This document shows positions 1 through 12,588 of a stretch of DNA of 64,000 nt, in pieces. The notes beneath the pieces are model-generated. The model did no database searches. It was not told the origin of the DNA and was given only the letters and a program-made list of their open reading frames with translations. The translations under genes were made by a program, and so were the position numbers. The stretch is taken from positions 36,024,001 to 36,088,000 of the forward strand of contig CM052817.1 in assembly GCA_028534125.1 (NCBI GenBank). The letters run 5' to 3'. The first letter of the stretch is position 1, and each line of letters opens with the position of its first letter. Source of the DNA: Lama glama. Its lineage: Eukaryota.

Positions 1-410
1 TTCATAAGATTCTTAACTGTCCAGGTGTTTTCTTCTATGAATTTTTCAATTTGTCTTCCTTTTCCATTTTAAAAGAATTATTCACTTTCTTATTGATTAG
101 TAAGAATTCTTTAGATAGTCTGATTACTAATCCTATGTCAGTTGTCCATGTTACTGAAGAGATATTTCTCTTCTTCCAGTCTGTTGCTTGTTTCTCTAGC
201 TTATATATGGTGTCTTCAGCATTCAAAAACTTTTTATACCTCTTTTTAAGATTACGGAACATTTTAAACATACCCAAAAGAAGAGAGAATAGTATAATAA
301 ATCTTCCACGTACACATCACTCAGCTTCAACAATTATCAGCATTTTCCCCAGAAGTTTTCATCTTTTCCTTTAAGTTTTGTACCTTTCATGCAGTATCTA
401 AGAAATCCTT
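1..410 (-). mobile_element. Old L1M (L1ME/MC-like) fragments
   Basis: T-rich antisense L1 ORF2 3' region, plus an L1M 3'-terminal motif (aaacatacccaaaagaagagagaatagtataat...cagcttcaacaattatcagc). Confidence 0.6.
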
Positions 411-824
411 AAATAAAGACTGTGCTGCTATTATTTGTGTGGCTGAGTATTTCTGTCCTGATAAAACACTAATTCTTTTTGTCATAACATTTATTCTTTC
501 TTGCTTTTAATTTTTTATAAATGTGTATATATATGTAGCAGTTTCTAAGGTATACAAAGCATTATTGCACCCTTGTTAACCTATACCTTCTTCCTGGAAC
601 AAAATATACTTTTCTTATTCAGCACAAGCTATTCAGATCTTGGGAATTTTCCAATTGTCCCAGCAGCATTCTCTGTGTCAGTATAGAGCTTATTAGACAC
701 CTCATATGTCCTCATAAGAAGACTGATCAATCATTCAGGAAATGTCAAAAGTATAAGCCCAAGTCAGCTGTGCTGGCATTTTGTTTTTACAAAGTAATTC
801 TCTTAATATTTTCCTTCTTTGTAG

Positions 825-978
825 TGTGCCACCTGGGCTTGAAGGCATGAAAGAACAAGACCTCTGCAACAAGATAATGGCTAAAATACTAGAAAATTAT
901 AATACTCTGTTTGAAGTAGAGTATATGGAAAATGATAACCAGAGGTGTGAAAACCTGGCGAGGCTTATCATGGTAAAA
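825..978 (+). CDS. FAM13A: FAM13A internal coding exon (154 nt; equivalent of human exon 5), end of RhoGAP-domain region
   Basis: Acceptor ttccttctttgtag| and donor |gtaagt. One base plus 51 codons: VPPGLEGMKEQDLCNKIMAKILENYNTLFEVEYMENDNQRCENLARLIMVK, nearly identical to recalled human FAM13A (VPPGLEGMKEQDLCNKIMAKILENYNTLFEVEYTENDHLRCENLARLIIVK). Confidence 0.96.
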
Positions 979-3607
979 GTAAGTAACTTCGGTATTTAAT
1001 TTTCAACATTGCTGTATCCTGAATGGAAGATATTTTATTTAAATGATTTTTATTTAAAAATTCTGTGTGGATATAACTTTAGATTATTAGTTCTGTTTGT
1101 TGAATTCTTTTTATGAAATCTACTCTCTGTTCAAGTGTTTGTTAAAGTGATATATATTCTTCTAAGACTGGGAAATGATTGTGAATTGATATTTCCTTGG
1201 CTGCTGTAAACTCATCTCAAAAGCACTTACGTGAACCCAGTGCTGTGATCAGTTGGGCGTACCACCTTTTATGGAAGCCTGGTGTTACAGCCGAGATGCA
1301 TGCTTAAGTCTGTGTCCAGGAGTGCTAGCTTACTGAGTAGACTACAGATTCCTGAAGACAGTATGACCATGTCTAGTGATCTCTCTTGTGTCTGGCACAC
1401 TTCAAGTTCAACCTCGGATTGTATGTCCCATATATGTGGTCCTTGGTAACTATCACCTGTAAAGGAGAGTATTTTTAAAACCTGTAAAGGAACCAGTAAC
1501 ATATACTATCTAAATCTTTTTGTACATTGACTAATAATTTATAACATATTTTTTACATAGTAGGTAAATGTGTGTAGGTCTCTAAAGATTTATAGCTGAG
1601 AGTCAGAGGATGAACATCCAAACCAGATCCTTCAGATATGGGTCAAGAGGGAGGTCATCTTATTTATTTCCCATTTATATTGAGGTAAATCTTGATGGAA
1701 CTGATATGAGAGGTGCCCTCAGGAGGTTTCCTGAGACTTATCATGTTTACAGACCACACTGTGTTCTTGTTGACTTATATGGCAATGAGTGATAAAAACC
1801 AGAGGCACTTGGTTTGGGCCTTGAAGGCGTGTTTTTGTTTCTTCTTCCAGCTGAGGTGTGAATTTGAAGAAATGAAAGTTAAGGGGAATCATGTAGGACC
1901 CAACCAAAATGAGGTTTTCTTAACTAGGGCTTATATGTGAATACGAGAGACTCCCTATAAGGGATGGAGTACTTCTGAAAGAAATGCATTTAACAGGGAA
2001 TCTTGCCAACCTGATAAAGAGCCCTTTAAACTGAAATTTGTTGGAAGGGAAGAACAGTGCTCAGATAAAATGATAAAATGAGCTACTTTAGAGAGTATCA
2101 AATGTGGCCTAAGGTTGAGGTAAAATGGTAGCTGAGAAAATGTCAGAAAAAAAAAACCAACACACCAACAACCTTGTATCAGTTTTGCTACAAAGCATTT
2201 AAATAATTTTTAAATAGAAAAAAAAATCTACCTTAAATGTGTTTCTCTGGTTCCTATACTACTTTGCAGACAGTCTCTTTTTAAAATATTAAAAACTGGT
2301 TGACTTTGTCTCAGCTACGTATCTCTGATAAACACTTTTTAACACACATACCTTTTAGCTAGGGCTGATAAGATAATAAGGTAAACCTAAAATAGAATTA
2401 AAATAGGGAAATACGACCTCCTTGGCAAAACCAACTTGCTGAGATACAGATAACCGCTAGAATACACCGAGGGAAGCTCACATGCTGTGTAAATGAAATA
2501 ACACCTGTTGAGATCTTTGGAAGAGTGCCCTGCTTGGAAGTCCTTGAGCTGCTAGGGTTAAGCATGGTGGAGAGCATCCTGTGAGTACAAGACACACAGA
2601 CCGATAATACTGTGGGAGCCAAACGCAGATCTCTTAGGCAGATGAGTATGACTCCCTGCTAATGCAAGTTTCAGATCTGACCTCGAGGCAGATAAATGCC
2701 ATCACTGGAGACTCCATGTCTGTACTCTGAAGCATCATTCTGCTAAAGCAGAATATTTAATGCATTTCTTACTGACCCCGCTGATAGTCTTCTCTCTGGG
2801 ATGGTAAACGATGCAACAAGGCAGTGTGATATTCTAGACTTAATTATAACCAATGACGATGGACTGGAAGTTACGGAAATTAGTTGAATGGGCTATGCCA
2901 GTGTCACTTGGGAGTCCATGATAAGAATCTGCTTGCTGCTATTACATGTGTAAACCTGCATATGGTTTAGAAAGCAGTTTTGTTTTTTAGTTGTTTTTTT
3001 TTTGATTCCTAAGATCATAGAAACATTAGATATAAGCCAAAGGAAGCTGGATTAAAAAGGAATTGGGAAGCTCACAACGATATCATTAATATACTGAAAA
3101 ACAGGAAAAAATGGAAGGACAACTTAAAAAATAAAGTATCATTCTCAGCTCAGCTTTTAGAAGGAAGTACACAGAAAGAGGAAGTAGGCACCGAACAGGT
3201 GATAAATACACTAGAGTGACAGAGACATGAAATATCTGAGCTGCGACTAAGTGAAGGCTCATGAAAAGGACTGAGCCAGAGGAAAGGCGCAAAGTACTGA
3301 ACATACCCAGTGACACACTTCTGTGTAAACAAAGTGGTGGGTGACGTTCTCGTGTATCTTTGTGGGATCAATGAAAGTCTGAGGCCCAGACAAACGTAAA
3401 TTTGGTTTTACTTGGACCTGGGTGAAGAACTTTGATCAGAGTGTTGGAATGTATTACTGTTCCCGTCAGGGAAGGTCATTTGTTTGTGTCATTTGCAGTA
3501 TTTTAATCATTGACTTGCACGAGCACATACTTAACACTTCTGCAAGTGAAACAAAGCTGGAAGAATAGGTCAGATACTGGATGGCTGAACCCGTAGACCA
3601 GCAAAAT

Positions 3608-3609
<2 letters not shown>

Positions 3610-3641
<32 letters not shown>
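3610..3641. repeat. (GT)16 microsatellite
   Basis: Perfect dinucleotide run read directly. Confidence 0.98.
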
Positions 3642-3643
<2 letters not shown>

Positions 3644-3779
3644 ATGTACGGCCCTCTCCCTATTCTTCCTTGCTTTAAAACAAAAAAAGCAAAACACCTG
3701 TTTTAGTTGGGCCTGCAGTAATGTGCTGAGGTCAGACGGGCCCCTCCCTCAGCTCTGACAGGTAAATGAATCACGAATG

Positions 3780-4440
3780 GTCTATAATGGTATCCTCTTG
3801 AGTTAGTGATTGACTTAAGGGTCCCCAGTGACACAGTTTGGACCAGAGAGATGTAAGGAAAGGTGTGCTGTGGGCAGAGGGTTTCTGGGGAAATATTTTC
3901 AGTCCTAATTACAGAAAAGAGAATGATTTAAGAGATCAGAGCTGTGGTTGTCTGTGGGTAGAGTTGGGAGTGGCGGCAGTGATGATGATTGACTAGGAAA
4001 GTACCCAAGGGAGCCCTCATGGGTAATGAAAATGTTCTCAATAAGGAAGTGGGTTTTATGGGTGTATGCATTTGTCAAAACTCATTTAACTGTACACCTA
4101 AGATTTATGTATTTTTACTATATATAAATTATTTTTTTTAACTTTAATTAAAAAAAGGAAAATAGTAGTCCTCTGTGTCAAGATACCCCCTCTCCCATCC
4201 TCGTGTGAAGGCAGGATGCATGGCACTGCTACCGCCACCTTTTGCCCTTGATGAGTGTACCACTGACACACAGGTTGGCAGCTAAAGGCGGAAAAAGCCT
4301 CAGTTCCTCATCATCGCTCATCTGCTGAGCCAACCCTGAACACACATAACCTCTGGACTTTTAGTTACATGGGGGAAATAAATGTCCCCTTAGGATAAAC
4401 TGCTTTTAGTGCAGTATTCTGTTTCTTGCAACAAAAGCAT
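3780..4440 (+). mobile_element. MLT1-type (ERVL-MaLR) LTR relic split by an L1 3' end
   Basis: gtgacacagtttggaccagagagatgtaagg...ttctgggg, and 3' part ctctggacttttagttacatg...aataaatgtcccc...tctgtttcttgcaacaaaagcat, typical of MLT1. Confidence 0.65.
3930..4160 (+). mobile_element. L1M (MC/MD/ME-like) 3' terminal fragment
   Basis: atgggtgtatgcatttgtcaaaactcatttaactgtacacctaagatttatg followed by an A-rich tail. Confidence 0.8.
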
Positions 4441-4539
4441 AAAATGTGATGTAATTAGTATAGTAGGAAAGTCCTATACTTAGGTTCATAGATAAGAGGA
4501 GACCAAAATTAGTGACAGTTCAATTGATAATCATGCATG

Positions 4540-4703
4540 GCACAGGGAACCATATTCAATATCTTGTAGTAACTTACGGTGAAAAAGAATATGAAAACAA
4601 ATATATGTATGTTCCTATATGACTGAAGTATTGTGCTGTATACCAGAAATGGACACATTGTAAACTGACTATACTTCAATAAAAATATATTTTAAAAAGG
4701 AAA
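4540..4703 (+). mobile_element. 5'-truncated artiodactyl/camelid-type L1 3' end with target-site duplication
   Basis: gcacagggaaccatattcaatatcttg...ttgtaaactgactatacttcaataaaaa. TSD gataatcatgcatgg (4526-4540) / gaaaatcatacatgg (4704-4718). Confidence 0.9.
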
Positions 4704-5299
4704 GAAAATCATACATGGATTTTAGTTAACTTCTAGCACAATATGAGATGTCAGTGTGATGTGATCACCAAAGACAAACCCCACAGATTCATGCACTGAG
4801 TATAGCAATAATCAAATAAAGAATGTATGTCTCTCTGCACTTGGTGTAGATCAGGCAGTAGCTGTAGTATTAGGTCTGATTCTGAGTCCCCCATTCACTC
4901 TCCTGACAGTCACTGCTGATCACCATTTACTCTAAGTATGTGTTTGCCTGGGTGACTGTCTTTTACTTCAGTTACCCTACTGCTGATGACTTCTAAATCA
5001 TAGCTGTAGCCCCAGCCTATCAGAAGAGCCATAGAGCCATATTTTCACTACCCATAAAAAGACCATGGGGTGCCTCAAATTTCTCCTGCCCACAACATCA
5101 CCTCCAAAACTTTGTGTTCTGCCCTCTCCAAACTCAGTTTCCCAGCCACCGGCCTGCCACGCTGGAAGCCTTTGTCTGCCCCGAACTCCTCCTCCTCTGT
5201 CGTTCCCACTGGGACTCATACTCTCTCTTGAAGTGGGTGTCTTGTGTCCACCCCCACCACTGCTTTACACGAGACCTTTATCATAGCCGCACAATTTCA

Positions 5300-5960
5300 G
5301 ACTCTTCTCCCACCTCTAGACTCACCCTGTCCCCATCTCTTTTCTACCAGTGATGGAATGATGTTCCCCCGAGCAAACCTGATTATAACGTAGTCCTGAC
5401 TTAAGTAAACAAGCCCTTAGCGGTCATTGTGTGACCTCCCCCGTCCCCACTTCCATCTGCTGACAGTATACAATCAAGACTTCTTTACTTGGAATTTAGG
5501 CCCCTTATACTCTGTCCCCAAACCCAGCTTTCCCCATTAAATGTTTGAATGCACATTGAATGGTTCTTCCCTTCCTATTTCTCTGGCCTGTCTTCTGTTT
5601 CCTTTGAGGACCCTTCCTTCTCAGTCAGAATTACACACTGTTATTAACTAGGCTCATTCTCGGGCCTTCAGTCCACGGCTCTTCCTGGCAAACCTACATC
5701 TATATCTAACCGCCTAGTGCTCACCTGTGCCTGTGTGTTCCATGGACTGTCTCATCATCTTTCCTTTCCCCTGAACATCCAAATGCTTCATCTGAGTTCA
5801 TTTGGGGTTTAGCAAATGGCCCATCTGTCCACACAGTCGCTCCAGGTTGATGTCCATCCATCACTAAAACCTATTAATTCTACTGCTTGTGTGTCTCATC
5901 CATCTCTCCTGCCCTCACTGGTGCTTCCTCAGTGCCTCTCATCCAGGCGGGAGAATTCTA
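5300..5960 (+). mobile_element. L2 fragments
   Basis: Pyrimidine-rich degenerate sequence typical of sense-strand L2 3' regions. Confidence 0.45.
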
Positions 5961-6034
5961 CTCTTGGCTCATTATCATGTTCACCTGGTGACCCAGACTG
6001 AATCAGAAAACTCATGGCAGGCCTTCAAAACGTA

Positions 6035-6327
6035 TTTTTGTTTTTGTTTTTTTTATTGAAGTATAGTTGATTTACAATGTTGTGTTAGTTTCTGGTGTAC
6101 AGCATAGTGATTATCATACTAAGTGAAGTAAGTCAGACAGAAAGACAAATATATATCACTTATATGTTGAATCTAAAAAATGACACAAGTGGGCAGACAC
6201 AGAGAAAAAACTTATGGTCATCAGAGGGGAAGGAGGAGGGAAGGGATAAATTAGGAGCTTGGGATTAGCAGATACAGACTACTCCATACAGAAGAGATCA
6301 ACAACAAGGCCCGGCTGTATAGCACAA
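6035..6327 (-). mobile_element. L1 3' end with internal inversion
   Basis: T-tract plus antisense L1 terminus (attgaagtatagttgatttacaatg...catagtgatt), joined through gatt to sense-orientation upstream L1 3' sequence (gattatcatactaagtgaagtaagtcagac...ctgtatagcaca). Confidence 0.85.
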
Positions 6328-6979
6328 GACCTGTGTTACAGGGCTTCCTTGGCAGTTTTAAGGATCAGCCAAACTTGGGAACTAGCTGATCTCTGGGAGA
6401 CTGCTGCAGTAGCCTTTCACTGGTTTCCCCGACTCTGCTCTGCCCCTTGGCACCATTTTCCCTCTTGTGCTGCTTAAGTTACTTTCCATCATGCAAATAT
6501 AAAAATACTACTTCCCATATCAGAATTCTTCAGTGGTTCCTCTTCACCTATCCCTACATTATGCATTGAAATCTCAGCCTGACATACAATGCTTTTCATG
6601 ATTTGAAACCACCCTGGCTATTCACACATCCTTCCCACCACTCCTGCCCGTACATATTGTGTGCCAGCAGTCACTGATGTGTGAAACTGGAGAGACCATG
6701 TCATTCAGGCCTCATGCCTATCAAGCTGATGAGCACAGTGCCTGGCATTGAAAATCCCTTGATCAGTGGCTAGACTCATTATATTACATTATTTTTACTG
6801 AAAATAATGTCTATGATCATAATTTCTACATATTATGAAAGAAATAAGAGTAAATGTCTTCAAGTTAATTGAATGAAACTGGGAAACATGACAGTTCACT
6901 GAATATTTCATGACTGCCACCATATCCAAGAGAAGGTATTAGAAGCTTCTAAAGTCTTCTGCTTTTCTGGAAAAAGCAC

Positions 6980-7140
6980 TGACTTTAGACTCAGAAGGCT
7001 TATCTCTGTAACCTAGGTACTCAGCAACGTGACTGGGTAATTTATAGTATCTATGTTCCTCTTCCTTGCTGTACAGAATGGTGAAAATCCTATAGATTTT
7101 TTTTTGTGGAATTTAAACCATTAATGCTTGTGAAAGTATT
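6980..7140 (+). mobile_element. MIR fragment
   Basis: gactttagactcagaagg...gtgactgggtaattta; degenerate MIR core. Confidence 0.45.
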
Positions 7141-7294
7141 TTCAAGGCCAGTTAAGTATTATAGAATACATGTAAAGTATCACATTGGGGTTGGGGGAAG
7201 CTTGGAGATAATACAGGATGAAGAGTAACTGATGAAGCCATTTGGCCTACTTTGAAACGGGGTGGTCAGAGATATTTCAGTAGATACATTAATA

Positions 7295-7435
7295 AGCTTA
7301 GAGCATAGAGTTAAGAATTCCAGTTCTGGAATCAGATTGACTTAGAACTTACAATTTGTGTGACTCTGGGCAAATTGCTCAGTCTCTGCTTCAACCTTGG
7401 TTTCCTCATCTGTAAAATACGAGAAATATCTGTAA
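7295..7435 (+). mobile_element. MIR
   Basis: tgtgactctgggcaaattgct...gtttcctcatctgtaaaat MIR core. Confidence 0.8.
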
Positions 7436-9009
7436 CTAATTTGGGTGTTGTTTGTTATAATTAAATTAGGTAATCGTAGCAAGTTTTCAATAAGTTTTAG
7501 CTTTAAAATAAAGGTATTGGGGTCATACCAACTTTATGATATCACCTTTCTTCCCTTTACCTTAAAGGAAGTCAGACTTGATAATAGAAGGAAGACAGAG
7601 TCTAAAGGAGAAAAATACAGTTGTTGATCAGTTGTGTTACTCATGACAGAAGTTACTTCTAGACATTTCTTACTATTCAGTATTCTCGTTTTCTCAGTAT
7701 GGTTAAATTATCCTTTTGTCTTTGGAAAGCAAGAACCTGATTGCATTCTTGATGAACAAAAGAGTGTATTTTAGTATTTAGTGTATCTATCCAGATCTGC
7801 TTTTTAAAAATGAATTATTTAATAAACCATAAAACTCTTCTAAGTGGGAGTTTTATGTAAGAATCGGGTATTAAGTGGCTCTGAAAAGTGACTGGGATTT
7901 CAACAAGGTGGTAGGGAGAGGGAGGGAGGTAGGTGAGGAACAGAAAACTTTCTTGGTAGGAGGGGATGCTAAAGGACATGGAGTGTTCATGCAGTGGTGA
8001 CCAGACACTTCTGGCTAGACCACAGGAAGTAGCAGGAGAAAGCTAGAGATTAGAGTTAAATAAATGTGGAGTTTAACGAGGTAGTTAAAACTTATAGGAA
8101 TGAGAGGACGATGAAAGGTTTTAAGAACAAGATGGATTTGGTTTAAGCTGTAATTTAGATTTTTTTACTTTATCCCTTTTAAGCAGGAAGTTAACGTGAC
8201 TCAGTGAAGCATTTTTATAACAGGCTGTCAGGGCAGTAGCTGGATATCTATTTCTGCTCAACTGACTGTGGTCAGAGCTGCAAAACTGGCTTCTGCAGTG
8301 TGTTCATCAGCCTCGCTTCCACACAGGCTTCCTCTACCAGGTGGCCAAGGCAAAGATAAGGGGAAAGGTCTACCTGCATGCCTCCTTTTTCACCTCCATT
8401 TTCCCCACTGTTCTGCAGGAGTGAACCTCAGGTCCGACAAGGTTTTTCCAGATTTTGCAATGGTTTGGCCATGTCCACCAGATCTAGTTACTTCAATCAA
8501 AGGAATTTTGGGCAGTCCTTGTAAGACTGTGACATTTGGAGAAAATCTGTAGTCTGCTGGAGGTCTGAGGCTGTATATGTTGGCTGTTGGCCTTTTGTTC
8601 CACATTTTGTTGAGTTTAACAGGTAGTATTCATAGTTGTTTGTCTACAGTTAATGGCCGGTTTCTTAAGGTGAAGCTTTCTTTTCTCTTTTTCATTATTT
8701 TTGTTTGTTGTAGGTTTCAATGAGGAGCATAAGTAGAAGTGCCTTTATTTTGCCAAACTGGAAGGCCAAAGCTCTATGTCTGAGTAACTGGGCTAAGAGA
8801 ATCACATCTTTCAAGTAGGCGTATAATAGCCATAGTTTAATTTCTCCAGCTTCAGAATAATTTTAGAGTTGCTTTCATATGATGATTTAATCCCCCTTTA
8901 GTGAAGCTTTTCCCTTATATGCACTCAAGAATTAACTTAATCACCTAGATATTTATATACACAATTTGGTGGCAGAAGTATGGTTGAAATAATGGATTAT
9001 CAAATGTTC

Positions 9010-9760
9010 GCTGCATTCATTAAATAATCATCTGATGCCTACCTAGGAACCGGAGACTCATCAGTGACAGAAGCAAGCTTCTGCTCTTATGACACTTCTA
9101 TTCTAATGAGGATACAATAAACAATGGGCAGTAAACAAAGAATTAAGGAAATACAGAGTTTGTCAGATGGTGATGTGTTCTGTAGAGAAAAAACAGGGAA
9201 GGAGAGAAGTGGTGCTGGTCAGGTAGGGGAATGTCATTTGCTCATTTAAATCAGATGGTCACAGTGTTTCCTTGACGAGGGACATTTTAGCCAAGACTTG
9301 AAGGTGGTGAAGGAGCTGGCCATAAAGACACTTGCGGAGAGGACTGCCGGCAGGGAGAAGAGCAGTACAAAGGCCTGAGAGGGACGTCCACCTGCTCTGT
9401 GTGAGAGTGGAGGTGAGAAGACTGATGTGGTTGGATTACAGTCAACAAGGGGGAAGTGAAAAGTAGTGATGTCACAGAGGCAGCAAGGGCCCAGATCATG
9501 TGTGCTCTTGCAGGTCATTGTTGGAACTTTGACTTTTATTCTGATGGTGCTTTATTAGACAGTATTGAACAAGAGAGTGCCATGATCTGACTTATCTGTT
9601 CCAAGGGTTGCTCTATCTGCTATAGAGAATAGACTGTTGAGAGGGACAGGTAGAAGCAGGGAGACCCATCGGGAGCTTATCACAATCTTTACATTAAGAA
9701 ACAATGGTGGCTTGGACCCAGGTAGTGGTAGTGCAGGTGGTGAGATGAGTAGAAAGGTAA
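9010..9760 (-). mobile_element. L2 (L2a-like) 3' region
   Basis: Characteristic antisense L2 text: cagatggtgatgtgttctgtagagaaaaa, gggccagatcatg, gactttgacttttattct, gtgccatgatctgactta, ggtggcttggaccca. Confidence 0.85.
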
Positions 9761-9761
9761 G

Positions 9762-10050
9762 TTAGGGTATGAGAGAGCAACACGTGGCAGGCACGGGAGA
9801 ATGTTTGCAATGAGAGTAGGTGAGCAAGCTAGAAAAGCAGGGGCTGTGAACAGAGAATGGGGTGTCTGCGTTAGTCATTTTGGAGGTAGAGCCCCCTGGA
9901 GCGATGATAACATTTAAGTTGTGTTGATGAGAATGAGTAACTGAAGTGGAGGAAAAGAGAAAATCATCGGACGGAAGATGGTTAAGGGATGACAAAGATG
10001 GTGGTTTATCCATATTGACCCTGAATTTACCCAGGAGGGTGGCAGGTTCG
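9762..10050 (-). mobile_element. L2 ORF2 endonuclease-domain relic
   Basis: Minus-frame peptide PATLLGKFRVNMDKP...STSVTHSHQHNLNVII...DTPFSVH resembles the APE endonuclease motifs ILGDFNIH...THSHGHTLDLVIT...IPLSDH. Confidence 0.75.
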
Positions 10051-10989
10051 GAGGCGGACAGGAAGACTGTGAGCCTGGTCTGCCTAGTAGATGCGTATTA
10101 TTTGTATATTTTGTGCACAAATTATCAGTATGTATAGAATTAATGTAGAGCCTCATATATACGTGTACCTACAGAAGATAATGTGATTAGTATGTTACTA
10201 AATATCTATCTAGAAGTATCTAGACAAGTCTCATTCTATTCCAAATAAACATCTTGTGAGACTGTCTTTACTAGACAGTGTTGCTCTTGCTTGTTATATT
10301 GTTGGGGATTTATTTTGAAATTATCTCCAGCTATATGTCATTCATTTATCACATTTTTTCATATACGATTGGACTGGGAGATCCTTGTATGTTAATGTTT
10401 TATTTGATTATGAAAAGTAGTCAGTAGTCATTTTGAGCCACAGCAGATCACTAAGTTGGGGAGTAGTGATTAAATATTAACTTTTGGTTTTAAAGTTGAA
10501 GTCTGGCTATGAAATAATTATGCTGATTTTTCTGTGTGACTCATATAGAAACTCTCAAGACAGTTACTTTAAAATATTCTGGGCAAAAGGAAAAAAATCT
10601 TAGAATAGCCTTCTGCAGCAATTAGTTTGAGGGACATACTCACTTATCAGTATGTGTTTTGGCAAGTTTGAGTCCAGGGTTCCTATTGAGTCATTTACCA
10701 CATAAGCTGATATAGCATATGAGCTTCCTAAAACACTTCCCATGTCTGTTTCATGCTCAAAAACATTGCATATGTCTCCATTTTTTATTTAGGGATATAA
10801 TCTAAAATTAACTTCAACGTATGTTTGTTCACTTTTTTCTTATTTATTGCCTACTTGGTGCAAAGATCTGGACTAAATGCTGGGCCTCTTCAGAAAATAA
10901 ATGAGACATGTCTCTGTCTCTAAGAGAATTTACAGTCTGCAACACACAAACAAAATCAGTGCAGGTACAGAGGAGCAAAAAAGGAAAGG

Positions 10990-11170
10990 GGGACTTTATG
11001 CCAGATATTGTATTAAGTTCTTCTATACCTATTATCTCATTTACTTCTCAAAAGAACCCTGGAAAGTAAATGATCTTAATTTGTATTTTGTGGATGAGGA
11101 AGTCTACAGAGTCAATTATTCAAGGTCAATAGCAGCAAATGACAGCTGGGTTTTGAACTCAAAGGACCGT
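10990..11170 (-). mobile_element. MIR
   Basis: actttatgccagatattgtattaag...attttgtggatgaggaagtc...caaggtcaatagcagc. Confidence 0.7.
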
Positions 11171-12249
11171 TTACAGACCTACTATAAAAATAACCAAAAC
11201 TATAGTTTTAAATTGGAACATCAGTGCCATGAACATTTATACATTTATTCATTCGGTATGTATTAAAGCAATTCAGTATCAGGGAAGTACTTGAATTATG
11301 TTCTTCTGACTCTAGTCCTACTTGTTTTTACTACTCCTAGTCTTTTCTGTAGCCTTCAAGAATACTCCAAACTAGGTAACAGTGAAGTCATAATAGGAAA
11401 TGCTTTGGTTTTTCTGTTGTTGTTTGATACTTTGTGATTTGGCAGTTTTGTATCTTTGTGTGGGTGAACTTACATTGGGCAAGTGACTAATTTGTACCCT
11501 CCCAAATCTATAGGTTATCATTTTGAGAACCTAGGAACTCAGAGGTAGCAGCAAAATCATTTGCTCATTTCTTCAGATCAAATTGTTCTTTAGATTGTGA
11601 GCTATGCCTTTTAGATTGGTTCCAAGTTTGAAGGTTAAAAAATATTTAGTGATGTTTAAGAAAAGCAAAGATAAAATACTGTTTGCTTGCATGATGCAAA
11701 TGGATATTCTCTAATAGTAGAGACTGATTAGATTATCAATCAGTATAAAGCATCAAGTAATAAAAATAGTTTTCAAAGTTATTGCTTAGCTCTGGGTACT
11801 TTTATGGCTCCAGTTTTTAAATCATAGTCACATATTTACAATTCAGATTACTGTTAATTTCTTCTCCCCAGACATCTTGTTTGGTAGAATGCGTACAGAT
11901 AAACACTAGAAGGTCATGTCTGCTCAGGAATCATTGAAATAGATTAGGTATATATGTGCCAGATGTTAAATTCTTTCTTTCCTATTATGAGGAGTGTTTA
12001 ACAGAAGGTAGACTAAATTACTTTTGCTTATGAAAACATTGTTATGCTGTGTAACCTTTAAACTGCTTATAGTGAGTTAGCAAGACTTTGGCACTGACAC
12101 CTCAAAAGTTGCCTACTTTAAATCATTATATAGTGTGTGTTTGGCAAATAGGGGCACTCAGTAAATAGCCAGTGAATATTTGAAGATTTCGAAGATTACT
12201 TGTATTTGCTTTAGAACTGAGTTTCTGCTGTTTTCTTTAGTTGGTCTCC

Positions 12250-12588
12250 CAGGGATAGAAGTACCTAGAAAGTAGTGTCCTTCCAGGGGCAGCCCTTAAC
12301 AAGTGACTGAGGAGTACGGAGGTATAAATTCCCAGCTCCTTACTCTTTGGTTGGAATAATTCTGGGATGTGTATTTTATGGTGTTTTTCAGAGCTTCCCC
12401 CACCACTGAGTTGAAGCTTCAAAACCACTGAAATAGCTATAGTAGCTTAATAATGACACCCCTTACTGACTGCCTTCTCCTTCCATTATTGACCCAGTTC
12501 CTGCTGAACTACCCAGATAGGCTACTTGCTCATAATCCTTGTTGCAGGGTGTACTTCTGATTGGGTGGATGGGGGCCTAACCAGAACA
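12250..12588 (+). mobile_element. LTR16-like ERVL solo LTR relic
   Basis: gcagcccttaacaagtgactga...gtataaattcccagctcc...cccagataggctacttgctcataatccttgttgcagggtgtacttctg...aaccagaaca. Confidence 0.75.

Noticed and set aside
781..999. 72-aa ORF as a stand-alone gene
   Set aside because: It is the FAM13A exon plus in-frame intron on both sides.
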